In this document: piece after piece, positions 8,633 to 17,658 of the stretch | Layout: each line of letters begins with the position of its first letter | How positions within the stretch are numbered: position 1 is the first letter of the stretch | Assembly (NCBI RefSeq): GCF_000813425.1 | Contig: NZ_JWIB01000018.1 | Span: 1 to 24,000 of the forward strand | Source of the DNA: Sporosarcina sp. ZBG7A | GTDB taxonomy: Bacteria; Bacillota; Bacilli; Bacillales_A; Planococcaceae | Direction of reading: 5' to 3' | DNA: 24,000 bases | Program-made: the position numbers and the translations under genes | Notes under the pieces: generated by a model | Told to the model about the DNA's origin: nothing | Databases searched by the model: none | What the model saw: the letters and a program-made list of their open reading frames with translations, nothing else

Positions 8633-9049
8633 TCAGTCCACAGTGAATGATTCTTCCTGTCCATCCCACCTGATGGTAATAAGAATCTTGTCATCTTTCT
8701 CGATAGCGGTCTCGCCAGTTTCTTGCCCTTTAAGCGAAAATGTCTTATTTTCGGGAAGGTCAGGAAAACGCTGCTCTGTGCTCGCGCCTATTAAATCTGT
8801 TTCATAGACATATTCCAATGTATTCACACCTTCCAACTCCTTGGACTTCCCTTTGAATGTCACCCTCAACTCATAGTCCGTATAGGAAAGGGCCTCTGTA
8901 CTCTTCTTTTTGAAAGGATGAGTCATCACGAATGTCCCCTCCCAATAATCACTTTCCCCCTTCAGTTTAACAATGCTCTGATCGTTGCAAGCACTGAGGA
9001 TTCCAATCAAAACGAACAGCAAAGTGATGCATGGTAGCCATCTTTTCAC
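8633..9049 (-). CDS. Lipoprotein of unknown function (138 aa)
   Basis: GTG start sits 4 nt after GGGAGGTGA. A signal peptide ends in the lipobox LSAC. Confidence 0.8.
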   Translation of the reverse strand: MKRWLPCITLLFVLIGILSACNDQSIVKLKGESDYWEGTFVMTHPFKKKSTEALSYTDYELRVTFKGKSKELEGVNTLEYVYETDLIGASTEQRFPDLPENKTFSLKGQETGETAIEKDDKILITIRWDGQEESFTVD

Positions 9050-9120
9050 AAAGTCACCTCCCGTATTTTTAGTAAGGTTAGGTCCTGCAAAGCCCTCATT
9101 TCCAGAACAAGTGTCTAATA

Positions 9121-9660
9121 TTACTTAGACTGATGTTTTTTTAACTTCTGTTGTAAGTAATCATCTGATTTTCCGTTTGGGATGCTAAGGGTTTCCCAGT
9201 TTTCATCTTTTAATTGCTTCCCAATATAAACCATCTGACCAACGTGATAAGCATAATGAGCCAGTTGCCTTTCGATTGCTTCTAGCACAGTGTGCTTCTC
9301 ACCACGAATGGTAATATTTTTCAATAAGTCTTGGTTTTCTAACCCATTCAGTGTATCAAGAAGAATAATCCAGCCTTTTTCCCAAATAGTTATCATCTCT
9401 TGTCTTGAGGAAATGTCATCTTCAAATTCCTGATCACGATTTCTAGATGCCTTTTCTCCATCCGTAGTTAAAAAGTCTGACCATCTGGAAATCATATTTC
9501 CACTTACGTGTTTTGCAATAATCGCAATACTATTTGAAGACTCGTTTAATCGCCAGTGTATATCTTCCTCTGATAATTGGCTTATTGTTTTATCTCCTAA
9601 CTCTTTAACACTTTCAAATCTTTCTTTCACAATCTTCAAGTATTCACTTCCAAAATCCAC
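9121..9660 (-). CDS. DinB-superfamily protein (DUF1572-like), about 179 aa
   Basis: The track ORF starts at 9717 (TTG), but the GTG at 9660 follows GGGAG with a 7-nt spacer. The helical-bundle protein carries HVSGN and HYAYHVGQ blocks typical of DinB/DUF1572. Confidence 0.75.
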   Translation of the reverse strand: MDFGSEYLKIVKERFESVKELGDKTISQLSEEDIHWRLNESSNSIAIIAKHVSGNMISRWSDFLTTDGEKASRNRDQEFEDDISSRQEMITIWEKGWIILLDTLNGLENQDLLKNITIRGEKHTVLEAIERQLAHYAYHVGQMVYIGKQLKDENWETLSIPNGKSDDYLQQKLKKHQSK

Positions 9661-9837
9661 AAAAACACTCCCGTCCGTTCTGAATTTCAGCCCTTTTCTC
9701 GAACAACTTATTTTCAATAATGTGTATCATTCTTACTTAAAAATCTAGCCAGTGTGATGGATAATCCTTATTTTAGATGATCTAATATTTATTCAAAGTT
9801 GAGGTCGGTTAGTGTTATTACCTAAAATAAAATACTT

Positions 9838-10248
9838 TCAGAAGTAATATTTTATCCAGAAGAATACACCCACTAAGGTAATTAAAGTTAAACCAAGTTG
9901 GATTAGAGAAACCTTAAAATTTTTCCTGTTTTCCGAAAACTTCCATTCTATAAATGCCTGGACAATGATTTGACTTAATACGAAAACTGCAAGAATAATA
10001 GATATTAAAAGAGGCTTTGTATAAAAAAATATTGCACTCACTATTATAGAAATCAAATAAATTATGCGCAATGTCCAATCGATTTTTTTATGGAGCTTAT
10101 TTATATGATTATAAGAAAACCACTTCTTTTTATCAGCTCCCATTTTATAACGAAATATAGCTGGAATAATGCCAACTAGTAGAATAGTAAATAATAGTAT
10201 TATAATAGGTTCTGTCCAAAATCCCTCTGACATTCCATAGTTCTCCAT
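9838..10248 (-). CDS. Membrane protein (136 aa, 4 TM; DUF4181-like)
   Basis: ATG follows GGTGGTGA. It has four hydrophobic helices with a basic loop KKKWFSYNHINKLHKK. Confidence 0.7.
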   Translation of the reverse strand: MENYGMSEGFWTEPIIILLFTILLVGIIPAIFRYKMGADKKKWFSYNHINKLHKKIDWTLRIIYLISIIVSAIFFYTKPLLISIILAVFVLSQIIVQAFIEWKFSENRKNFKVSLIQLGLTLITLVGVFFWIKYYF

Positions 10249-10366
10249 TCATATTCACCACCGTTTCTAGCTTTCTTTATCTCTTATAATAAATTTCTCG
10301 TTTAATATAATAGCCACTTTGAAGCGCAGCCTGTTTTCCACAACTCGGCCAGTTGATGTAACTTAG

Positions 10367-10570
10367 TTAATTTAAAAAATCATTTTTATTTTCTTTATTC
10401 TTCCAAACAATAAAAAGTAATATTCCCGGCAGAACAATAGACGCGATACCGAGACTATCGACAAACCACTGACTAAATCCAAATATCATTGCACAGATGA
10501 TATAAGCAATCCATGTAAGTACCACTAGTGCTAATAAACCTGGTCGTTCTCTGCCCATAACATACACCAC
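10367..10570 (-). CDS. Small two-TM membrane protein (about 63-67 aa)
   Basis: Hydrophobic ORF. The start is uncertain (GTG at 10570 or ATG four codons in) and the SD is weak. Confidence 0.45.
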   Translation of the reverse strand: MVYVMGRERPGLLALVVLTWIAYIICAMIFGFSQWFVDSLGIASIVLPGILLFIVWKNKENKNDFLN

Positions 10571-10663
10571 TTCTCTAAGTTAAAACTGGCCGGAATACCG
10601 TATAAACTTGAATCCTAAAAAGGCGTACTCCCTAACCAATCAATCACAGCTTTTCTAAATACA

Positions 10664-10702
10664 AATAAAAAACCTCTTTAGACAATTCTATCCAAAGAGG
10701 TT
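10664..10702 (-). terminator. Rho-independent terminator of glmS
   Basis: On the minus strand AACCTCTTTGG...CTAAAGAGGTT is followed by TTTTTATTT, 33 nt after the stop. Confidence 0.75.
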
Positions 10703-10734
10703 AATTTATGCAATTCTATTTAATTTAAATTTTC

Positions 10735-12528
10735 TTACTCCACGGTAACACTTTTCGCCAAATTCCGCGGCTTATCCACGTCACATCCCCGCTGCAATGA
10801 TGCATAATAGCTCAACAATTGAAGCGGAATAACTGTTACTAGTGGCGTCAATAGCTCATGGACATGAGGCAAGATGAGTCGATCTCCTGGTTCACTGTCA
10901 CCTTCCATCGAGATGATGCAAGCGTGTGCGCCACGGGCTGTGACTTCTTTTACATTACCTCGTAAATTAGGGCTGACAGTTGCTTGAGTCGCAAGTGCGA
11001 TGACCGGAGTCCCTTCTTCAATCAATGCGATTGTTCCGTGCTTCAGTTCTCCTCCTGCAAATCCTTCTGCTTGGATATAGGAGATCTCTTTCAGCTTTAG
11101 CGCACCTTCTAAGCTCACATAATAGTCGAGATTACGTCCGATGAAAAAGGCGTTACGCTTATCGGTTAATAGCTCTATAGCGATTTTTTCAATCTCTTCT
11201 TTAGCATCCGTTAACGTTTGAATCGCGTTAGCTGCAATTGCTAACTCTTTTTTCAAGTCTAGCTTCCGCGAACCTCCGCCTAATGAATAAGCTGTGATCG
11301 CAAGCACTGCGAGTTGAGCCGTATATGCTTTAGTCGATGCCACAGCGATTTCTGGTCCTGCATGCAACAACAACGTATGGTCCGCTTCACGCGATAACGT
11401 AGAGCCGGGCACATTGGTCATTGTGATTGATGGATATCCTAGTGCTTTCACTTTTACAAGCACTTGTCGACTATCTGCAGTTTCGCCAGATTGTGTAATA
11501 AACAAGAACAATGGCTTTTTAGAAAGAAGTGGCATATTATAGCCAAACTCACTAGAAATGTGGACTTCAACCGGTAAACCAGCTAGTTTTTCAAAGTATT
11601 CTTTTCCTATTAAGCCCGCATGGTAGCTTGTTCCTGCTGCGATAATATAAAGACGGTCTGCATGTTGAAATGCTTGCTTGATATACGGGTCAATATCCAA
11701 AGCGCCCTCTTCCGTGCTGTAGGCATCGATGATTTTACGCATCACACCTGGCTGCTCATCGATTTCCTTTAACATATAATGAGGATATGTCCCTTTTTCA
11801 ATATCACTCATATCGAGTTCCGCTGTATAAGGAGCCCGCTCGATTTTATCGCCATCAAGAGTTTCGATTACAATGCCATCTTTCCCAAGCATAACAACTT
11901 CACCGTCATGTAACTCGATGAACTGATCAGTCACTTGAAGCATCGCCATGGCGTCAGATGCCACTACATTGCACTCTTCACTTATTCCAACTAATAATGG
12001 ACTGCGATTTTTCGCAACAAAGATCGTATCCGAATCTTGTTCGTCTAACATCGCAATCGCATACGAACCATGCAACAACGATAACGCTTTACGGAACGCT
12101 TCGTCTGTTGTCATTCCCGTGTTTGCAAAGTACTCAATCAGTTGGACAATGACTTCCGTATCCGTATCAGAAACGAACTGGATATCTTGCAAGTATTCAC
12201 GAGTCAGTTTTTCATAGTTTTCAATGACACCATTATGGACAAGTGTAAAACGTCCAGATGCACTTTTATGTGGATGTGAGTTTTTCTGATCTGGTACACC
12301 ATGGGTTGCCCAGCGCGTATGGCCGATCCCGACATGTGCATCGATTTCTTCCGTTACTGCGTCTCTTAAATCCGCAATACGTCCTTTTTCCTTGAACATT
12401 TGCACGCCTTTAGAAGTCTGGAATGCAATCCCTGCAGAGTCATATCCTCTGTATTCGAGCTTCTCCAGCCCTTTCAATAAAATCTCTGCTGCTTGGTTCT
12501 TTCCGTTATAGCCTACAATTCCGCACAT
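10735..12528 (-). CDS. glmS: Glutamine--fructose-6-phosphate aminotransferase (isomerizing), 597 aa
   Basis: N-terminal MCGIVGY gives the Ntn catalytic Cys. Two SIS domains are present, and the C-terminus is [21 protein letters not shown] glmS ribozyme lies upstream. Confidence 0.97.
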   Translation of the reverse strand: MCGIVGYNGKNQAAEILLKGLEKLEYRGYDSAGIAFQTSKGVQMFKEKGRIADLRDAVTEEIDAHVGIGHTRWATHGVPDQKNSHPHKSASGRFTLVHNGVIENYEKLTREYLQDIQFVSDTDTEVIVQLIEYFANTGMTTDEAFRKALSLLHGSYAIAMLDEQDSDTIFVAKNRSPLLVGISEECNVVASDAMAMLQVTDQFIELHDGEVVMLGKDGIVIETLDGDKIERAPYTAELDMSDIEKGTYPHYMLKEIDEQPGVMRKIIDAYSTEEGALDIDPYIKQAFQHADRLYIIAAGTSYHAGLIGKEYFEKLAGLPVEVHISSEFGYNMPLLSKKPLFLFITQSGETADSRQVLVKVKALGYPSITMTNVPGSTLSREADHTLLLHAGPEIAVASTKAYTAQLAVLAITAYSLGGGSRKLDLKKELAIAANAIQTLTDAKEEIEKIAIELLTDKRNAFFIGRNLDYYVSLEGALKLKEISYIQAEGFAGGELKHGTIALIEEGTPVIALATQATVSPNLRGNVKEVTARGAHACIISMEGDSEPGDRLILPHVHELLTPLVTVIPLQLLSYYASLQRGCDVDKPRNLAKSVTVE

Positions 12529-12589
12529 AATTGTTCCTCCGCATCAGGCAGCCCGGAGTCAAAACTGTATAGGTCGTTCAGGCAGTTCT

Positions 12590-12772
12590 GCCCGGACTGG
12601 CCATTAAATTTGTATGATACCTGCTACATCCCTGTTGTGTCACCGAGTTACCTCTGTGTTTTAGGAACTGCATGTGATCGGGTATCTGCGATCAGGAGGC
12701 ATCCGCCGAATGTTCGATGAACCTCCACCTCGTCTGCCGAGAATCTGTGCGATTTCCTCGGCGCTGGCGCTT
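12590..12772 (-). ncRNA. glmS ribozyme: glmS ribozyme (GlcN6P-dependent self-cleaving riboswitch)
   Basis: The minus strand reads A/AGCGCCAGCGCCGAGGAAATCGCACAGATTCTCGGCAGACGAGGTGGAGGTTCATCGAACATTCGGCGGATGCCTCC. This matches the conserved core (AGCGCC cleavage-site context, GACGAGG, TTCGGCGGATGCCTCC). The 3' boundary is approximate. Confidence 0.9.
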
Positions 12773-12843
12773 TAATTGGTTTCCAATACTTTACGTGCAT
12801 ACAACTCTCCTTTTTTGCACGGACTAAATTGCCGTCATTGCTA

Positions 12844-12873
12844 ACTATAGCGAATCTAGTTTTCTTCTGTCAA
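12844..12873 (-). promoter_or_regulatory. Sigma-A-type promoter driving the glmS ribozyme and glmS
   Basis: Minus strand has TTGACA, an 18-nt spacer, then TATAGT, about 70 nt upstream of the ribozyme cleavage site. Confidence 0.5.
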
Positions 12874-12953
12874 ATGACGAATCGTTCTGACTATTAGCAA
12901 ACAACTTAGTAAGAATATAGTATACAACTCGAATCATAATCGTTCCTTAAATA

Positions 12954-13004
12954 ATAAAAAAGACAGTCACAGAACTCAGTATGTACTGAAGTTCTGTGAC
13001 TGTC
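12954..13004 (-). terminator. Rho-independent terminator of yjlC-ndh
   Basis: Perfect 15-bp stem GACAGTCACAGAACT/AGTTCTGTGACTGTC followed by TTTTTT on the minus strand, 13 nt after the ndh stop. Confidence 0.8.
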
Positions 13005-13016
13005 CTCTAGTATTTC

Positions 13017-14201
13017 TTAGTAAGCGAGACCGAATAGTCCCTTGATGTGAGTCAAGTATCGGATGTTACTTGCTTCTTTCATCAATGAAGCTGGCATTCC
13101 CTTAAGGGAAGTATTGTTTCCACCAATTGATGCTACTGCATCTTTACGGCCAAGGCTAGCAAGTGTACCCGAGTTTACTGGGTTGAACACTTCCATAGAC
13201 TTGCCTGTAAGCATTGCGTACACGTTGTATCCAACAAGTTCTCCCATCTGCCAAGCGTTTTGAGCAGTTGGTGCGTATGGACGTGCTCCCTCTTCTGCAG
13301 GGAAAGCAACAGCACTGTCACCGACAACAAATACATCAGGGTGAGATTTAGATTGAAGGAATTCGTTTACTGTTGCACGACCACGGTCGACTTCAATACC
13401 AGATTCTCCAACGAGTGGATTACCAGTAACGCCACCTGTCCAAACGAATGTATTCGCTTTAATGACACGGCCGTCTTTCAGTGAAATTTCGTTGCCTTCA
13501 ACGTTTGTGACAGGTAGTCCGATTAAGAACTCAACGCCACGTTTTGCAAGACTTTCAGTTGCACGCTCGATCAAGTGATCAGGTAGTACTGGAAGGATTT
13601 TCGGACCAGCTTCAACAAGCATAATCTTCAAATCAGCAGGGTTTACACCGTGCTCACGTGCAATTTTAGGCATGTTGTCTACGATTTCACCAACAAGCTC
13701 AACGCCTGTTAAACCGCCGCCACCGATCATGATTGTCGCATCAGCTTCGTCGCGAGAAGTTGCATACGCTTTGATGCGGTCGACGATGTGTTTAAAGATT
13801 TTGTTCGCTTCACTAGCGGATTTAAGAACCATACTATTTTCTTCAAGTCCTGGAATTCCGAAGTACGCTGTTTTACTACCAAGTGCAACAACTAGTGCAT
13901 CATAAGTAAGTGTCTCTCCGCCCGCCAAGTTCACTTTTTTCGTATTCACGTCAAAGTTCTCAACAGTAGCGATTTTCAATTCTACTCCTTTACCAGCAAG
14001 TAGTTTTTCAAGAGGTAGTGCAACCGCACCTTCGCTAGTCGTACCTCCAGCTAATCGGTGAAGCTCTGTAATAATTTGGTGAGTTGGTGTTTGGTTAACA
14101 AGTGTGATAGTTGCATCACTTTCTGACAAGAAGTTACGAGCATTTAGCGCTGTCAAAAGACCGCCATAACCTGCTCCTAAAATAACGATGTGTTTGGTCA
14201 T
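13017..14201 (-). CDS. ndh: Type II NADH dehydrogenase (NDH-2), 394 aa
   Basis: Two dinucleotide-binding motifs are present (ILGAGYGG, IGGGGLTGVE). Length and the pairing with an upstream DUF1641 gene mirror B. subtilis yjlC-ndh. Confidence 0.9.
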   Translation of the reverse strand: MTKHIVILGAGYGGLLTALNARNFLSESDATITLVNQTPTHQIITELHRLAGGTTSEGAVALPLEKLLAGKGVELKIATVENFDVNTKKVNLAGGETLTYDALVVALGSKTAYFGIPGLEENSMVLKSASEANKIFKHIVDRIKAYATSRDEADATIMIGGGGLTGVELVGEIVDNMPKIAREHGVNPADLKIMLVEAGPKILPVLPDHLIERATESLAKRGVEFLIGLPVTNVEGNEISLKDGRVIKANTFVWTGGVTGNPLVGESGIEVDRGRATVNEFLQSKSHPDVFVVGDSAVAFPAEEGARPYAPTAQNAWQMGELVGYNVYAMLTGKSMEVFNPVNSGTLASLGRKDAVASIGGNNTSLKGMPASLMKEASNIRYLTHIKGLFGLAY

Positions 14202-14235
14202 TGTCTAGTCCCCTTCTACTAATAGTTAGTTCAAA

Positions 14236-14685
14236 TTATTTTGTATGGTTGCGTTGTCCAGCAATTTCAAGGTAAGCGCTCAAGAAACGGAAAACACGTT
14301 GAGCTTCAGGATCTTTGATCATCTTCATAAGACCAAACAAACCGATTGTCTCTGTATTTTTTGAAGCAAGATCTTTTGCTTCGATGACAGTCGCTGCCAT
14401 ATTTTTCGCAGAATCTTTTACAGGACCTACGATTTCTTTCATGAATTCAGTTGTATCGTTAACCAATACTTCGTCTGTTGCAACTGCTTTAGCAACATCA
14501 TAGGATTTTGTCATTACGTCAACAAGCTCCGTTAGTTGTGGAAGTTTTTCGACAAGAGTTGTCAAAGATTCTTGAACTTCTGGTTTAAGCAACTGGTCTA
14601 GAATATCTTGTTTTTGATTGGAAGGTAACTGTGTGCCTTCTGTAGCAACGTTTGCTGCTTCTTCAGGATTGAGCGGCGTAGTCAT
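14236..14685 (-). CDS. yjlC: DUF1641 protein (YjlC-like), 149 aa
   Basis: ATG at 14685 sits 7 nt after AAAGGGGA; the track start at 14691 is too close to the SD. It lies directly upstream of ndh, as in B. subtilis. Confidence 0.8.
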   Translation of the reverse strand: MTTPLNPEEAANVATEGTQLPSNQKQDILDQLLKPEVQESLTTLVEKLPQLTELVDVMTKSYDVAKAVATDEVLVNDTTEFMKEIVGPVKDSAKNMAATVIEAKDLASKNTETIGLFGLMKMIKDPEAQRVFRFLSAYLEIAGQRNHTK

Positions 14686-14928
14686 GTGCAAATCCCCTTT
14701 TTTAGTTTAATGTATTTTGTTCTGAAGCTAGGTAAACTATGTGCTGAATAATACGTAATTTTTTTACAAATCCGCATGTCATAATCTCCTAATCAGATTA
14801 CCATCAAGTCACTATACGCCTCTTTTTCATATACTTCAAGTTTTTAGTTTGGCATTTAATTAATATTTATTTACTTTGTATAGTGGCGTATGTCTTGCAC
14901 ATCCTATATAAAAAAGGAGGTGCTCGGA

Positions 14929-15084
14929 ATGGGACAGCGGATTCGATGTGAAGTGAATAATTGTAAGTTTTGGTCTGAGGGAAACAAGTGTGAAGCCGAC
15001 GAAATTTATGTTGTCAGCAAGAAAGGCAACCATGCAAAGTCCAGCAGTGAAACAGACTGTAAAACGTTCGTTCCTCAATTGTAA
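14929..15084 (+). CDS. DUF1540 cysteine-rich small protein (51 aa)
   Basis: ATG at 14929 follows AAAAAGGAGG. The pattern IRCEVNNCKFWSEGNKCEADEIYV...DCKTF fits the DUF1540 CxVxxC...CxA...V...CxTF layout. Confidence 0.75.
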   Translation: MGQRIRCEVNNCKFWSEGNKCEADEIYVVSKKGNHAKSSSETDCKTFVPQL

Positions 15085-15177
15085 AGAGTGAACCATTTTA
15101 ACTTTGAATCATTCTATTGTACAATGGTGAAGAGGATTGACATCAATCCATTACTTCATCGGAGGTTTTACTAGTTC

Positions 15178-15612
15178 ATGAAAAAAATTGCGGCAGCGTT
15201 TTTAGCACTCACGCTCATTCTTTCACCGATTGGAACGATCGTATTTAACGATCATTCACCATCTGCAGAAGCGAAAGGCTACAAATCAGGCAAAAAAGGA
15301 TTTTCACCTAACCAAAACAATTTCAACAAACCAGCAGTCGATAAGAAGGACAATACTTCCTTCACTAAAAACAACGGATCACAAGCAGCAAAACCAAAAT
15401 CTGGAGGGCTGATGAAAGGCCTTATGCTTGGTGGATTAGCAGGACTTCTATTCGGAGGTTTGTTTGCCAACATGGGTATTCTTGGTTCGATTTTAGGCTT
15501 ACTCGTTAATGTCTTTGCGATCATCGCTATTATCGGCGTTATCCGAATGGCTTATCTGTATTTCAAGAAAAAGAAACAGGATAAAGATGACATGCACCGG
15601 TGGCAGAACTGA
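15178..15612 (+). CDS. Secreted/membrane-anchored protein with a Gly-zipper TM (144 aa; YxcE-like by context)
   Basis: ATG follows GGAGG. It has a signal peptide, a low-complexity N/K-rich linker, and a C-terminal GGLAGLLFGGLF TM segment. Confidence 0.75.
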   Translation: MKKIAAAFLALTLILSPIGTIVFNDHSPSAEAKGYKSGKKGFSPNQNNFNKPAVDKKDNTSFTKNNGSQAAKPKSGGLMKGLMLGGLAGLLFGGLFANMGILGSILGLLVNVFAIIAIIGVIRMAYLYFKKKKQDKDDMHRWQN

Positions 15613-15890
15613 TGATTGAGGAACAAGACATCATTAATGCTATTTGCCTGCATCAGGCAAAAAACAAATCCGTTACACCAGAGCAAGTAGAAGTTGAACT
15701 GTTCTATGATGATGACGAAGGTTTTTATGCAGAAGCTTCTGTCAACGGGATGACCGTCAACATGAATACATTCGACATGACCCAAGCACTCAGGTTATGG
15801 ATTGAAGAACAACTTCACCAAGATCCTTACGCAACGGGTATTAAATTCCTACTAGATGATGAGCGGGGAATTGTCGCCTCTCTCATGTAA
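15612..15890 (+). CDS. yxcD: DUF2653 protein (YxcD-like), about 92 aa
   Basis: ATG at 15612 overlaps the upstream stop (TGATG); an alternative GTG is at 15600. The family assignment is from recollection of YxcD-type sequences. Confidence 0.7.
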   Translation: MIEEQDIINAICLHQAKNKSVTPEQVEVELFYDDDEGFYAEASVNGMTVNMNTFDMTQALRLWIEEQLHQDPYATGIKFLLDDERGIVASLM

Positions 15891-15894
15891 CTAT

Positions 15895-15935
15895 AAAAAA
15901 TGGACAACCTGATTTCTAGGTTGTCCATTTTTTTG
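15895..15935. terminator. Bidirectional rho-independent terminator between yxcD-like and sodC
   Basis: ATGGACAACCT...AGGTTGTCCAT is flanked by an A-run on one side and a T-run on the other. Confidence 0.85.
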
Positions 15936-16538
15936 TCACTTAATAACGCCACATGCAATACGTTCTCCCGAATCTCCGGACGGTTGAGTTTCACCGTCAT
16001 CTTCCCCGGCGTGGATCACGAGTGCTGTACCAGTATCTTTCAACAAAGAATTAGGTTCATCAGTTCCCAAAGTCACATTTTTAGCCGTGAATTCATCATC
16101 TACAATCCCATCTTCTCCTACTTCCAAATTAGGCAGATCACCTGCATGTGGTCCTCCTTCCATTTCAAGTCCATGATTCTTTTCATCCGGATTAAAGTGG
16201 CCACCTGCAGATTCGAAATCAGGTGCTTCACAAACACCCGTCTCGTGGAAATGGAGTCCATGTTTTCCTTCTGGTAGTCCTTCCGCCTTTACATGCACAT
16301 TGATACCCTCTTCAGTCTCTTCCAATTCTGCAGTTCCAGTAGTTTGACCATCCGCATCTTTCAAATCTACTAGAACAGTGAATGGTTCCGGTTGCATGTC
16401 ATCCGCAGTTTCAGTAGCTTCATTATTCTTTTCAACATCTTTTCCTGCAATCGCCTCTTCTGAATCATCTTCAGCACCACATGCTGCCAGACCAATCATA
16501 AGAGCCAATGATGGCAAGATTATGATTTTCTTCTTCAA
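15936..16538 (-). CDS. sodC: Cu/Zn superoxide dismutase-family lipoprotein (200 aa)
   Basis: TTG start follows GAGGAGGGG. The lipobox is LAAC. The blocks HGLHFHETG, GGHFNP, GGPHAGDLPN, LVIHAGEDD and a C-terminal RIACGVI are present. Confidence 0.9.
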   Translation of the reverse strand: MKKKIIILPSLALMIGLAACGAEDDSEEAIAGKDVEKNNEATETADDMQPEPFTVLVDLKDADGQTTGTAELEETEEGINVHVKAEGLPEGKHGLHFHETGVCEAPDFESAGGHFNPDEKNHGLEMEGGPHAGDLPNLEVGEDGIVDDEFTAKNVTLGTDEPNSLLKDTGTALVIHAGEDDGETQPSGDSGERIACGVIK

Positions 16539-16611
16539 TTTAACCCCTCCTCAGTTCAACCTATAGTGTTCTCTTTCACTTGCCTATCATTTTTAAACAT
16601 TTATAACTTGC

Positions 16612-16652
16612 AAAACAAAAAAAACGGTTTCCCATTATGAAATGGGAAACCG
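16612..16652 (-). terminator. Rho-independent terminator of hmoB
   Basis: On the minus strand CGGTTTCCCAT...ATGGGAAACCG is followed by TTTTTTTTTG. Confidence 0.8.
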
Positions 16653-16667
16653 GTTCTGTCTGTTCAT

Positions 16668-17171
16668 TCAGTCTACTTTTTGGTATGTTGTCACAAACGA
16701 TGGACGAGAGAATATATTTGGTTTTTTGTCAATACCTTCGTCTGTCCCACGCTTATTGTGTGCATTCGCGTAAGCTTGAGAATTTTGCCACGCTTTGAAT
16801 GACGCCTCATCTTCCCACTTTGTCAAAATGACGTACGTATCGCTTTCTAATGGACGAAGTACTCGAATTGCAGAAAACCCTTCAGTATCTTCTATCTGTC
16901 TAGCGCGGCCCATGAATCGTTGTTCAAAAAGTTCTCTTCCTTCTGTAGTGACAGGAATGTTATTGAAAACTGCATAGTTTCCATTGATAATTTCACCTGA
17001 AGCATCGAGTACTGTATAAGAATCTGCTTCAGCGAACCCTGCAGTACCGTCGTTTTCTTGGATAAGTACAGCTTCGTTTCCAAGTTCCATCAGAACAAGT
17101 TGTTCTGCTGTTAAACTTTCTTTAATTGCCTTTAACTCTGTTACATCTCCGTAAGTTACATGAATATTCAT
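16668..17171 (-). CDS. hmoB: Heme-degrading monooxygenase HmoB-like (ABM domain), 167 aa
   Basis: ATG at 17171 follows AGGGGA. The blocks FNNIPVTTEGRELFEQRF, GFSAIRVLRPLESDTYVILTKWE and IFSRPSFVTTY match B. subtilis HmoB (YhgC) as recalled. Confidence 0.85.
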   Translation of the reverse strand: MNIHVTYGDVTELKAIKESLTAEQLVLMELGNEAVLIQENDGTAGFAEADSYTVLDASGEIINGNYAVFNNIPVTTEGRELFEQRFMGRARQIEDTEGFSAIRVLRPLESDTYVILTKWEDEASFKAWQNSQAYANAHNKRGTDEGIDKKPNIFSRPSFVTTYQKVD

Positions 17172-17207
17172 ATGCTGTCCCCTATCTGATTGAATGAAAA
17201 GTTGCAT

Positions 17208-17245
17208 TTTAAAAGAGCAAAGCCGGCAGAAATCACCTGCCGGCT
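17208..17245 (-). terminator. Terminator after the small membrane gene
   Basis: AGCCGGCAG...CTGCCGGCT (9 bp) is followed by a T-rich tract on the minus strand. Confidence 0.6.
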
Positions 17246-17262
17246 ACATTCAGATCATTTGT

Positions 17263-17442
17263 TCAATGCCATGCTTGTCTTCTGCGTTCTTTGACTGCGA
17301 TGATGGCCGATGAGCCTGCTAAAATCGTAATTACCAGAAGCCCCACGATCAGACCGTCCGTGAAGACTCCAGTGAAATTACGTGCTGCAAGAGCTGCTAG
17401 TGTAACGCCACAAACAATTGCAGCGAAAATGATTTTTTTCAT
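17263..17442 (-). CDS. Small two-TM membrane protein (59 aa)
   Basis: ATG at 17442 follows AAAGGTGAG. The product MKKIIFAAIVCGVTLAALAA... is hydrophobic. Confidence 0.55.
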   Translation of the reverse strand: MKKIIFAAIVCGVTLAALAARNFTGVFTDGLIVGLLVITILAGSSAIIAVKERRRQAWH

Positions 17443-17597
17443 AGCACTCACCTTTCCCATGCGCAAAAACCATTCGCTGTTGACCGCATGGCGATTATGT
17501 AGTTATTGAGATTGTTTCTCATTTTCATCATAAAACATCAGATAGGGAATCGCAACAATAATCCCCGATTTCAAACAAACTTATTGAGGTAATGTGT

Positions 17598-17641
17598 CAA
17601 AAACAAAACAAGAATCTCAATGAAACCCAGAGATTCTTGTT
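17598..17641. terminator. Terminator downstream of yunC (flanks allow bidirectional use)
   Basis: CAAGAATCTC...GAGATTCTTG is flanked by A-rich and T-rich tracts. Confidence 0.7.
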
Positions 17642-17658
17642 TCGTTTTCTTTTTCACA

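Noticed and set aside
12648-12800. A 50-codon minus-strand ORF with a good SD (AAAGGAGAG, 4 nt, then ATG) that starts upstream of and runs through the glmS ribozyme.
   Set aside because: The ORF would be severed by ribozyme self-cleavage at codon 10-11. Its sequence is dictated by the conserved ribozyme core, and the peptide has no protein-like features. It is probably a coincidence. It would only be worth revisiting if ribosome profiling shows occupancy.
14692-14860. A Rex operator (TTGTGAA-n-TTCACAA type) upstream of yjlC-ndh, expected by analogy with B. subtilis.
   Set aside because: The best candidate, on the minus strand (TTGTAAAAAAATTACGTA, around 14747-14764), matches the half-sites poorly. 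I cannot support a Rex site by eye. A PWM scan would be needed.
14860-15096. A 78-aa minus-strand ORF, and the longer 64-aa version of the plus-strand ORF starting at 14890.
   Set aside because: The minus ORF is antisense to the DUF1540 gene. That gene has a consensus SD and the family Cys pattern. The 14890 start lacks an SD, whereas the ATG at 14929 has AAAAAGGAGG.
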